This document shows, in pieces, positions 1 to 7,600 of a DNA stretch of 24,000 bases. Source of the stretch: Anoxybacillus pushchinoensis (GTDB taxonomy: Bacteria > Bacillota > Bacilli > Bacillales > Anoxybacillaceae); the NCBI RefSeq assembly GCF_900111795.1, contig NZ_FOJQ01000011.1:15220-39219 (forward strand). The letters are read 5' to 3'. How positions within the stretch are numbered: the first letter of the stretch is position 1; every line of letters starts with the position of its first letter. The notes below the pieces were generated by a model. That model was not told where the DNA came from. It made no database searches and saw only the letters and a program-made list of their open reading frames with translations. The position numbers and the translations under genes are program-made.

Positions 1-868
1 TTGTTACCGCTGTAAAGTTTGGAGCGTGCTTTAATACACCGGCAATAAACTGTAATGCTGTTTCACTTAGTTGTAGTTGACCGTTCGGATCAAAAAAGGC
101 ATTTTCACCATTTTTAAAGAGCGACAAGTTACAATGCATACCCGAACCATTCACACCAAAGAGCGGCTTTGGCATAAATGTCGCATGCAAACCGTGTTTA
201 CGTGCGACTGTTTTAACAACAAGTTTAAATGTTTGGATGTCATCACACGCTTTTACCGCATTAGCATACTTAAAGTCAATTTCATGTTGTCCTGGCGCAA
301 CTTCGTGATGGGATGCTTCAATCTCAAATCCCATTTCTTCTAATTCTAATACGATATCGCGACGGCAATTTTCCCCTAAATCTGTTGGTGCTAAATCAAA
401 GTAACCGCCATTATCATTTAATTCCAGCGTCGGTTCACCTTTTTCGTCTAGCTTAAATAGGAAAAACTCCGGCTCTGGACCTAAGTTGAATTCTGTAAAT
501 CCGAGTGCTTCCATTTCTTTCAACACCCGCTTTAAGTTATAACGCGGGCATCCTTCGAATGGGGTACCATCTGGATTGTAAATGTCACAAATAAAGCGTG
601 CCACTTTTCCTTTTTCAGCTGTCCACGGGAAGATAACGAATGTATCTAAATCTGGATATAAATACATATCTGATTCTTCAATACGAACAAATCCCTCGAT
701 CGACGACCCATCAAACATCATTTTATTATCGAGCGCCTTTTGCAATTGACTTACAGGAATTTCTACGTTTTTGATCGTACCGAGAATGTCTGTGAACTGC
801 AAGCGAATATACTTTACATTCTCTTCCTTTACAATACGAAAAATGTCTTCTTTTGTGTACTTAGCCAT
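1..868 (-). CDS. glnA: Glutamine synthetase type I, N-terminal part only; the gene runs off the left edge of the window
   Basis: The minus-strand frame is open from ATG (868-866) to position 1. Hand translation gives [29 protein letters not shown]... and later ...[41 protein letters not shown]..., matching the Bacillus GlnA N-terminus and catalytic region. GGAGG (876-880 on the complement) lies 7 nt upstream. The gene sits directly downstream of glnR, as in the glnRA operon. Confidence 0.95.
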   Translation of the reverse strand, partial: MAKYTKEDIFRIVKEENVKYIRLQFTDILGTIKNVEIPVSQLQKALDNKMMFDGSSIEGFVRIEESDMYLYPDLDTFVIFPWTAEKGKVARFICDIYNPDGTPFEGCPRYNLKRVLKEMEALGFTEFNLGPEPEFFLFKLDEKGEPTLELNDNGGYFDLAPTDLGENCRRDIVLELEEMGFEIEASHHEVAPGQHEIDFKYANAVKACDDIQTFKLVVKTVARKHGLHATFMPKPLFGVNGSGMHCNLSLFKNGENAFFDPNGQLQLSETALQFIAGVLKHAPNFTAVT

Positions 869-928
869 ACATATTCCTCCCCCAGAATGAAAAAGATTAT
901 TTATGTTTATGTTAAAAACATAAATTTC

Positions 929-1333
929 TTAATGGAAAAAGCGAGCGATGTCCCCTTGGCGGAGCGATGCACGATTAAAACGGCCCGCTTGCATTAATTC
1001 GGTACGCAACAATTTGCGTAGCTCTGCCTCTGACAAATCTTGCTTCACCACTTTTGGTGAAACGGATGGCGTTGTCTCAAAGTGCTGTTGTTGACGTGAG
1101 GCGAAAATTTGTTTAATCCCCGCTAAATTAACCCCTTGCTCGATGAGGTCTTTAATTTCAAGCAAGCGATCTACATCATTAAATGAAAATAACCGACGAT
1201 TGCCTTCCGTACGAGCAGGTGAAACAAGACCGTGTTCTTCATAATAGCGGATTTGACGTGCTGACAAATCGGTTAACTGCATAACGATGCCAATTGGAAA
1301 CAACGGCATGGAGCGACGAATTTGACTATTCAT
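929..1333 (-). CDS. glnR: MerR-family nitrogen regulator GlnR
   Basis: The 134-aa ORF has a MerR-type HTH ([54 protein letters not shown]) typical of GlnR/TnrA. It lies immediately upstream of glnA and downstream of two TGTNAN7TNACA boxes. Confidence 0.93.
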   Translation of the reverse strand: MNSQIRRSMPLFPIGIVMQLTDLSARQIRYYEEHGLVSPARTEGNRRLFSFNDVDRLLEIKDLIEQGVNLAGIKQIFASRQQQHFETTPSVSPKVVKQDLSEAELRKLLRTELMQAGRFNRASLRQGDIARFFH

Positions 1334-1364
1334 GTCGACCCCTCCTTACGTAATACGTATTTTT

Positions 1365-1393
1365 ATTTTATTATATGTTAGTTTATATGTCAA
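1365..1393 (-). promoter_or_regulatory. Candidate sigma-A promoter of glnRA (TTGACA-17 nt-TAAAAT)
   Basis: On the minus strand, TTGACA (complement of 1388-1393) is followed by a 17-nt spacer and then TAAAAT (complement of 1365-1370), about 30 nt upstream of the glnR start. It overlaps the proximal GlnR box, as in the B. subtilis glnRA promoter. Confidence 0.55.
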
Positions 1394-1415
1394 TGAAATG
1401 TTACGTTTCATTACA
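1376..1415 (-). promoter_or_regulatory. Two GlnR/TnrA operator boxes (TGTNAN7TNACA)
   Basis: 1399-1415 reads TGTTACGTTTCATTACA, a perfect match to the palindromic TGTNA-N7-TNACA consensus. 1376-1392 reads TGTTAGTTTATATGTCA, with one mismatch in the right half. One box is upstream of the -35 and one overlaps the -35 and spacer. Confidence 0.65.
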
Positions 1416-1434
1416 TATTTTTTTCTGAAATATT

Positions 1435-2703
1435 TTATAATTGAATTAATCGTTTTTCAAGCAATCGGTCAACAGCCATACAAACAGCAATTTTCACGTG
1501 CGAATACGTGAGACCCCCTTGTACGTACGCAACATACGGTGGTCGAATTGGTCCATCGGCTGATAGCTCGATGCTTGCCCCTTGTACAAACGTCCCTGCC
1601 GCCATAATGACATCATCCTCATAACCCGGCATGTAATTCGGATATGGAGTAAAATGCGAATTGACAGGGGAGGCGAATTGAATGGCTTGACAAAACGCTA
1701 TCATTTGCTCTGCTCCATCAAATTGCACGGACTGAATCAAGTCCGTACGCTTCGCATCCCACGTCGGATACGTATTCATTCCGATTCGTTCAAGCATTGC
1801 TGCAGTAAACACGGCACCTTTCAACGCTTGTCCAACGGTATGGGGGGCCAAGAAAAAGCCTTGATACATTTCTTGCAAACTGTACAAAGAGGCGCCTGCT
1901 TCCGCACCAATTCCTGGCGAGGTCATACGATAAGCACACATATTGATATATTCTTTTTTACCGACGAGATATCCTCCTGTTTTCGCTAATCCACCACCTG
2001 GATTTTTAATCAATGAGCCGGCGATTAAATCAGCACCAACATGACATGGTTCTCGCTCCTCAACGAATTCACCATAACAGTTATCAACAAAAACAACAAC
2101 ATCTTGTTTAATTGTTTTAACAACATCAATCATTTGTTTGATTTCAGCAATTGTAAACGAAGGCCGAGGATCATATCCTTTTGAACGTTGAATGCCGATC
2201 ATCTTCGTCCGACTGTTGATTGCTCGTTCGACTGCTTCAAAATCAACTTTTCCTTCTGAAGTAAGCGGCACGCTGTTATAACCAATATGAAACTCTTTTA
2301 ACGAACCGATTCCTTCGCCGCGAATGCCGACGATTTCTTCTAGCGTATCGTACGGTTTTCCAGTAATATACAACAATTCATCCCCCGGACGTAACACACC
2401 AAACAGCGCGATCGTAATCGCATGTGTACCGGAAATGATTTGTGGGCGGACAAGCGCCGCTTCCCCACCGAATACGTCTGCATACACTTTTTCAAGTGTG
2501 TCACGTCCTATATCATCATAGCCATACCCTGTAGACGGAATAAAATGTGCATCGCTCACTTGATGACGACGAAAACTTTGCAGTACACGATATTGATTAT
2601 AATCAATGCGAGCATCAATCGCCTGATGAATCGGTGCGATTTGTGCCTCAATTTCTTTGACAAGTGTAGAAATCGTTTCTCCATGTGTTAAATGCTCAAA
2701 CAT
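1435..2703 (-). CDS. ynbB: PLP-dependent YnbB-family protein (methionine gamma-lyase-like, also called aluminium resistance protein family); function unknown
   Basis: The 422-aa ORF begins MFEHLTHGETISTL... Its position between hflX and glnR matches B. subtilis ynbA-ynbB-glnR-glnA. An RBS GAAAGGGG lies 6 nt upstream of the ATG and overlaps the end of hflX. The family assignment is from sequence recall, not a search. Confidence 0.85.
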   Translation of the reverse strand: MFEHLTHGETISTLVKEIEAQIAPIHQAIDARIDYNQYRVLQSFRRHQVSDAHFIPSTGYGYDDIGRDTLEKVYADVFGGEAALVRPQIISGTHAITIALFGVLRPGDELLYITGKPYDTLEEIVGIRGEGIGSLKEFHIGYNSVPLTSEGKVDFEAVERAINSRTKMIGIQRSKGYDPRPSFTIAEIKQMIDVVKTIKQDVVVFVDNCYGEFVEEREPCHVGADLIAGSLIKNPGGGLAKTGGYLVGKKEYINMCAYRMTSPGIGAEAGASLYSLQEMYQGFFLAPHTVGQALKGAVFTAAMLERIGMNTYPTWDAKRTDLIQSVQFDGAEQMIAFCQAIQFASPVNSHFTPYPNYMPGYEDDVIMAAGTFVQGASIELSADGPIRPPYVAYVQGGLTYSHVKIAVCMAVDRLLEKRLIQL

Positions 2704-2716
2704 AGCAAGCCCCTTT

Positions 2717-3964
2717 CTATTTGTTGTATATTCTTAGTTGTAACAGTAATGGATGTTCCGACAATATGTAGCCGCTACATTCATACATGCCACTTTGTTC
2801 ATTGTAATATATGTGCTGCACAATTGTTTCTGATTTTAGCTGTGCGAGCATTTTCCCCTCAAATGCAGGAATCGCTATATCGTAACGTTCCATCGCTTCG
2901 ATCATGTGTGTTTCAATAAATCGGCGCAGCTTTTGTACATCTTGTTCACTAAACGCACTTACTAATATATAGTCTGTTTTCGAGCTTGGAACAAAGCTTG
3001 GAAGAGTGATATCACGTTTGTTATATACAGTAGCGATTGGAATGGTCGTCGCCTCCAATTCTTCAAGTAAACGATAAACGGTTTGTTCATGTTGAATATA
3101 ATCCGGATTCGATGAATCGACAATATGTAAAATAAAATCCGCTTCTTTCACCTCTTCTAACGTCGAACGAAACGCTGCCACAAGAGTAGTTGGTAAATCT
3201 TGAATGAAACCGACCGTATCCGTCAAAAGCGCCGTATAACCGCTTGGCAACACCAATTTGCGCGTGAGCGGATCTAATGTAGCAAACAATAAATTTTCTT
3301 CAAAAGCATTGGCGTTCGTTAGTCGGTTAAAAAGTGTCGATTTCCCTGCGTTTGTATAGCCGACGAGCGCAATTTGAAACACAGCATTTTTTTTCCGCCG
3401 CTCTCGATATCTCCCTCGATGTTCAACAACAGCCTTTAACTGTGCTTTAATTTCGTCAATTCGGCGACGAATGTGACGACGGTCTGTTTCTAACTTTGTT
3501 TCCCCTGGTCCTCTCGTTCCGATTCCGCCACCTAATCGGGAAAGTTCTGTTCCTTGTCCGCTTAAGCGTGGCAGTATGTATTGTAATTGTGCAAGCTCAA
3601 CTTGCAATTTTCCTTCTTTTGAGCGCGCGCGGCTTGCGAAAATATCTAAAATAAGTTGCGTTCGGTCAATGATGCGCACGTTTAACAACTTTGTTAAGTT
3701 TCGATTTTGACTTGGCGACAGTTCATCATTAAAAATAATGACGTCTGGCTCAAATTGTTCCACGAGACGCACTAGTTCCTCCACTTTTCCTTTTCCAATA
3801 TAAGTAGCTGGATGAACCGTTTCCCGCTTCTGCGACAGACTAATGATGACCTCACCGTTTGCTGTATGAACGAGGGAAGCAAGCTCTTCCATCGAATACA
3901 AAAATCGTTCATCATCAACATGCGGTAATTGACACCCAACAATAATTACTCGTTCTTTTTGCAT
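2717..3964 (-). CDS. hflX: Ribosome-associated GTPase HflX
   Basis: G-domain motifs are present: GYTNAGKST (G1), DTVGF (G3) and NKRD (G4), along with the HflX N-terminal domain ([13 protein letters not shown]...). I place the start at the internal ATG 3964-3962 (415 aa), which has GAGGG upstream. The 520-aa track ORF extends 105 codons further into sequence that encodes the convergently overlapping plus-strand gene. Confidence 0.9.
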   Translation of the reverse strand: MQKERVIIVGCQLPHVDDERFLYSMEELASLVHTANGEVIISLSQKRETVHPATYIGKGKVEELVRLVEQFEPDVIIFNDELSPSQNRNLTKLLNVRIIDRTQLILDIFASRARSKEGKLQVELAQLQYILPRLSGQGTELSRLGGGIGTRGPGETKLETDRRHIRRRIDEIKAQLKAVVEHRGRYRERRKKNAVFQIALVGYTNAGKSTLFNRLTNANAFEENLLFATLDPLTRKLVLPSGYTALLTDTVGFIQDLPTTLVAAFRSTLEEVKEADFILHIVDSSNPDYIQHEQTVYRLLEELEATTIPIATVYNKRDITLPSFVPSSKTDYILVSAFSEQDVQKLRRFIETHMIEAMERYDIAIPAFEGKMLAQLKSETIVQHIYYNEQSGMYECSGYILSEHPLLLQLRIYNK

Positions 3965-3997
3965 ATTTTCCCTCTTTCCTGTTGAACATCTGTTCTC

Positions 3998-4006
3998 ATC
4001 ATAACA
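3998..4006 (-). promoter_or_regulatory. Candidate extended -10 promoter for hflX (TGTTATGAT)
   Basis: The minus strand reads TGTTATGAT (TGnTATGAT-like) about 35 nt upstream of the hflX ATG. The -35 is poor (TAGCAC). Confidence 0.3.
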
Positions 4007-4043
4007 AATCTCATTTAAAAGTGCTATGGTTGAAAAATGGCCG

Positions 4044-4072
4044 TTGATTTTTTCATATTTTATACATAAAAT
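4044..4072 (+). promoter_or_regulatory. Candidate sigma-A promoter for the UPF0126 membrane protein gene (TTGATT-17 nt-TAAAAT)
   Basis: TTGATT is at 4044-4049, followed by a 17-nt spacer and TAAAAT at 4067-4072, about 38 nt upstream of the ATG at 4110. Confidence 0.45.
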
Positions 4073-4109
4073 TTTAACGTAATGTGACATCACAGAAAGG
4101 ATTACGATC

Positions 4110-4718
4110 ATGACTTGGGAAGTATTAAGTATGATTGGCACCATCGCCTTTGCGATTAGCGGAGCCATTGTTGCTATGGAAGAAGAATACGATATTTTAG
4201 GTGTGTACATCCTCGGAATTGTAACGGCATTCGGCGGCGGTGCTGTACGCAACGTATTAATCGGCGTACCTGTATCCATTCTATGGCAACAACAAACACT
4301 TTTTTTGATTGCGTTTATCGCGATGACGATTGTCTATTTATTCCCGCAAAAAATGTTGCCGCATTGGCAACGTTGGGGCAACTTTTTCGACGCCCTCGGA
4401 CTTTCAGCTTTCGCCATTCAAGGGGCACTATATGCCGTTCAAATGAATCGACCATTAAGCGCAGTTATTGTTGCTGCTGTACTAACAGGAAGCGGAGGCG
4501 GAATGATTCGCGATGTATTAGCAGGAAGAAAGCCTCTTGTATTACGTGATGAAATTTATGCTGCTTGGGCCATTGTAGCTGGCGTTGCGGTTGGAACAGG
4601 CATTGCACACTCCTCAATTAGCCTGTATGTATTGTTTGTTGTCGTTGCCGCGTTGCGCATTTTATCGTACACATATAACTGGAAATTGCCGAATAAATCA
4701 TTAAAATTAGGGAATTAA
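4110..4718 (+). CDS. UPF0126 / TRIC-family integral membrane protein (Pfam glycine-transporter-type duplicated domain)
   Basis: The 202-aa hydrophobic ORF has two internal repeats, each carrying the family glycine motif ([11 protein letters not shown] and [11 protein letters not shown]). An RBS AAAGGA lies upstream. It is the only credible plus-strand gene in the window. Confidence 0.85.
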   Translation: MTWEVLSMIGTIAFAISGAIVAMEEEYDILGVYILGIVTAFGGGAVRNVLIGVPVSILWQQQTLFLIAFIAMTIVYLFPQKMLPHWQRWGNFFDALGLSAFAIQGALYAVQMNRPLSAVIVAAVLTGSGGGMIRDVLAGRKPLVLRDEIYAAWAIVAGVAVGTGIAHSSISLYVLFVVVAALRILSYTYNWKLPNKSLKLGN

Positions 4719-4752
4719 AACAGGGGACCCAAATACCGTCCCCTGTTTTTTA
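4719..4752. terminator. Bidirectional rho-independent terminator shared by the convergent UPF0126 and thiolase genes
   Basis: Stem ACAGGGGAC (4720-4728) pairs with GTCCCCTGT (4738-4746) around a 9-nt loop. It is followed by TTTTTT on the plus strand and by TTTTAATT on the minus strand. Confidence 0.75.
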
Positions 4753-5904
4753 CTGTCCCCACCGCTCGACAATGGTCGCGGTTGCCATGCCGTGCCCGAT
4801 ATAAATCGTTAATAAGCCGTAGCGCCCCTTTCGTCGTTCGAGTTCGTGAACGAGCGACGTCATCAGTTTCACACCCGTTGCCCCAAGCGGATGACCTAAC
4901 GCAATCGCACCACCGTTGACATTTACTTTGGAAAGTGAAACGCCAATTTCTTTTTGCCAAGCAAGGACGACAGACGCGAACGCTTCGTTAATTTCAATGA
5001 GGTCGATAGCGTCCATTGTGAGATTCGCTTTTTGTAATACTTTTTTCGTTGTCGGAATGACACCATCTAGCATGTACGTCGGATCAGAGCCAACAACTGT
5101 TTGAGCGACAATTTTTGCTTTCGGCCTCAAACCGAGTCGAATCGCTGTTTCCCGCTCCATGAGCAACACCGCCGCCGCACCGTCGCTCATTTGGCTTGCG
5201 TTCCCAGCAGTAATTTTCCCGTTTTGTTTAAAGACCGGCTTCAATGCTGCCAGCGCTTCAAGCGACGTATCTTGGCGCGGCCCTTCATCAATTGTCACGA
5301 TGATGTCGTTCCCATCTTTATCAAGCCCGATGACCGATACCATTTCTTCGATGAAACGACCTTCTGCTTGCGCCCGAAGCGCCCGCTGGTGGCTTTCGTA
5401 CGCATATGCATCTAACTGTTCTCGTGTCAATTCGTATTTTTCAGCAATCAGTTCGGCAGAAACACCTTGGTGGACGAATTCGTATTTTTCATGGAGCGAC
5501 GGTGGAATCGTTTGCTCGTTTCCATCGCTTAAAATCGGAACTTTTGTCATACTTTCCACCCCAGCCGCAATCGCGATGTCCATATCGCCTGATTTAATTT
5601 CCTGCGCAGCGAAATGAAGCGCCTGCTGGCCTGAACCGCACATCCGGTTAATTTGCACCGCGGGAACTTCTATCGGAAAGCCTGCCTCAAGCGCTGCTAA
5701 ACGCCCGATATTATACCCTTGCTCGCCAATCGGCGTTACGCATCCCATCACAATATCTTCAATCAATTGCTTTTCCACCCCAGCACGCTTAACAACTTCC
5801 TCAAGCACAATGGCCGCTAAATGAACCGGATGTTTGTCGCGAAACACCCCGTTTCGCTTGCCGACAGGAGTGCGTACCGCTTCGACAATGACTACTTCAC
5901 GCAT
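4750..5904 (-). CDS. Thiolase-family protein (acetyl-CoA C-acyl/acetyltransferase-like) with the C-terminal catalytic Cys replaced by Tyr
   Basis: The protein begins MREVVIVEAVRTPVGKRNG... The nucleophile motif NRMCGSG, the NEAFA motif and the GHPLGATG motif are all present. The C-terminal signature reads GLLTIYIGHGMATA, where CxG is expected. I chose the start at ATG 5904 (GAAGGGA RBS 5 nt upstream). An alternative ATG at 5922 overlaps the upstream stop as ATGA. Confidence 0.88.
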   Translation of the reverse strand: MREVVIVEAVRTPVGKRNGVFRDKHPVHLAAIVLEEVVKRAGVEKQLIEDIVMGCVTPIGEQGYNIGRLAALEAGFPIEVPAVQINRMCGSGQQALHFAAQEIKSGDMDIAIAAGVESMTKVPILSDGNEQTIPPSLHEKYEFVHQGVSAELIAEKYELTREQLDAYAYESHQRALRAQAEGRFIEEMVSVIGLDKDGNDIIVTIDEGPRQDTSLEALAALKPVFKQNGKITAGNASQMSDGAAAVLLMERETAIRLGLRPKAKIVAQTVVGSDPTYMLDGVIPTTKKVLQKANLTMDAIDLIEINEAFASVVLAWQKEIGVSLSKVNVNGGAIALGHPLGATGVKLMTSLVHELERRKGRYGLLTIYIGHGMATATIVERWGQ

Positions 5905-5918
5905 GCTTTTCCCTTCTT

Positions 5919-6764
5919 TCATTCGTATGTGTAAAATCCTTTGCCTGTTTTTCGTCCGAGATGCCCTGCTTCGACAAGTTTACGGAGCGTCTGTGGCGGA
6001 CGAAACCGGTCGCCATATGCTTCTGTCATATTTTCGCTGACAAACAACATCGTATCTAACCCGACTAAATCGGCAAGTTCAAGCGGTCCCATCGGATAAT
6101 TCAGCCCAAGGCGAATCGCTTTATCGATATGCTCTGCGGAAGCGATTCCTTCTTCGTACATGCGAATGCATTCGATCATATGTGCAGCTAGCGCTCTTGT
6201 TGTCACAAATCCTTGCATATCTTTTACGATGACTGTTTCTTTGCCGATGGATTCCGATAGCTGTTGAATCGCTTCAATCGTCTGCTCGGACGTCGCCACG
6301 CCTTTCACAATCTCAATGAGCTTCATTACTGGCGCTGGATTAAACCAATGCATGCCGACGACTTGGCTCGGACGCTTCGTCGCTGCAGCAATCGCCGTAA
6401 CGCTTAATTCCGACGTATTTGTCGCTAAAATCGCTTCTTGTTTCGCATAACGGTCAAGCTGTTCAAACACTTGTTTTTTGAGCGGCAAATGTTCTGGCAC
6501 CGCTTCGACGACAACATCTGCTTCTTTTACTGCTTCTTGCAAGTTCGTTTCCGTTTGAATGCGAGAAAGAATAGCCGATGCCTCTTGTTCTTGTAGTTTA
6601 CCAGCCTTGACAAAACGAGAAAGGCTTTTTTGAATGGACTGTATTCCTTTTTCAAGCGCCGCATCAGAAATATCGTATAAATAAACTGTTTTTCCGCCCA
6701 TCGCTAACGACTGGGCGATGCCGCTTCCCATTAAGCCAGCACCGATGACTGCAATTGTTTGCAT
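5919..6764 (-). CDS. 3-hydroxyacyl-CoA / 3-hydroxybutyryl-CoA dehydrogenase family protein
   Basis: It has an N-terminal Rossmann motif (IAVIGAGLMGSGIA), the NTS motif, and the catalytic His/Glu segment GMHWFNPAPVMKLIEIV. The strong RBS GGGGGGAG lies upstream. Confidence 0.9.
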   Translation of the reverse strand: MQTIAVIGAGLMGSGIAQSLAMGGKTVYLYDISDAALEKGIQSIQKSLSRFVKAGKLQEQEASAILSRIQTETNLQEAVKEADVVVEAVPEHLPLKKQVFEQLDRYAKQEAILATNTSELSVTAIAAATKRPSQVVGMHWFNPAPVMKLIEIVKGVATSEQTIEAIQQLSESIGKETVIVKDMQGFVTTRALAAHMIECIRMYEEGIASAEHIDKAIRLGLNYPMGPLELADLVGLDTMLFVSENMTEAYGDRFRPPQTLRKLVEAGHLGRKTGKGFYTYE

Positions 6765-6776
6765 CCCTACTCCCCC

Positions 6777-7130
6777 CTATTGAACGTTTGTAAAATAATC
6801 GCGCAGTTGTTCACGTAATTTCATTTTTAAAAATTTTCCGACACTCGTTTTCGGAATTTCACTCATAAAGACGATGTCATCTGGCAGCCACCATTTCGCA
6901 AATTGCGGACGTAAAAAGTCGTATAGCTCCTCTTTTGTCACATGTTTTCCTTCTTTTACTACGACGCAAGCGATCGGGCGTTCTTGCCATTGTGGATGCG
7001 GCACGGCAACAACTGCTGCTTCAAATACCGCTTCATGCGCCATAAGCGCATTTTCTAAATCGACAGACGAAATCCATTCCCCGCCGCTTTTAATGACGTC
7101 TTTCGTCCGATCGACAATGTAATAAACGTT
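6777..7130 (-). pseudogene. 3'-terminal remnant of an adenylate-forming acyl-CoA ligase (only the C-terminal subdomain is left)
   Basis: Hand translation of the minus-strand frame upstream of the 88-aa ORF gives [50 protein letters not shown]...[15 protein letters not shown]. That is the hinge plus C-terminal subdomain of AMP-binding ligases, including the terminal Lys motif. The roughly 430-aa N-terminal adenylation domain is absent. Similarity stops near 7127, where the acyl-CoA dehydrogenase frame takes over. Confidence 0.75.
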
Positions 7131-7588
7131 TTTTGTCCGTTGACAATATAATGGTCGCCTTGTTTCACCGCCGTTGTTTTGATACCTGCTAAATCAGAAC
7201 CTGCGCCTGGTTCGGTCATCGCAATGGCGGTGATGAGTTCTCCGGATACACACTTCGGTAGCCATTTCTTCTTTTGTTCTTCTGTGCCGTACGATGCGAT
7301 ATACGGAACGACGATATCGTTATGCAAGCCGATGCCGACAAGGCTAGCCCCTACTCTTTCTAACTCCTCATTGATAACGACCGAATAGCCGAAATCGGCA
7401 CCAAATCCACCGTACGCTTCATCTACCCACGGACAAAGAAATCCATTCTCTCCCATTTTCCTCCAAAACTCCCGTGGAATGATTCCTTGTTTTTCCCATT
7501 CCGCATAAAACGGGTACGCTTCTTTTTGCAAAAACTTTCGGAACGCCTCCCGAAAAATGTGATGTTCTTCATGCAAATAGGTTGCCAT
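7055..7588 (-). pseudogene. 5' fragment of an acyl-CoA dehydrogenase gene, truncated after about 157 codons and running out of frame into the ligase remnant
   Basis: The 177-aa ORF MATYLHEEHHIFREAFRKFL...[37 protein letters not shown] matches the N-terminal and beta-barrel domains of acyl-CoA dehydrogenases. It then reads 20 unrelated residues ([20 protein letters not shown]) and stops. The C-terminal helical domain carrying the catalytic Glu is missing; typical family members are about 380 aa. Confidence 0.8.
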
Positions 7589-7600
7589 GTTGTCCCCACC

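Noticed and set aside
3965-4279. The 520-aa version of the hflX ORF extends 105 codons upstream and overlaps the plus-strand UPF0126 gene by 170 nt
   Set aside because: The extension ([19 protein letters not shown]...) has no HflX similarity and no RBS, and it is the antisense shadow of a convincing membrane-protein gene. The internal ATG at 3964 has an RBS and begins at the conserved HflX N-terminus.
5905-5922. Alternative thiolase start at ATG 5922 (MKEGKSMREVV...), overlapping the upstream stop as ATGA
   Set aside because: This start is possible through translational coupling. However, the ATG at 5904 has a well-spaced GAAGGGA RBS and gives the usual MREVVIV thiolase N-terminus. I kept it as an alternative and did not annotate it.
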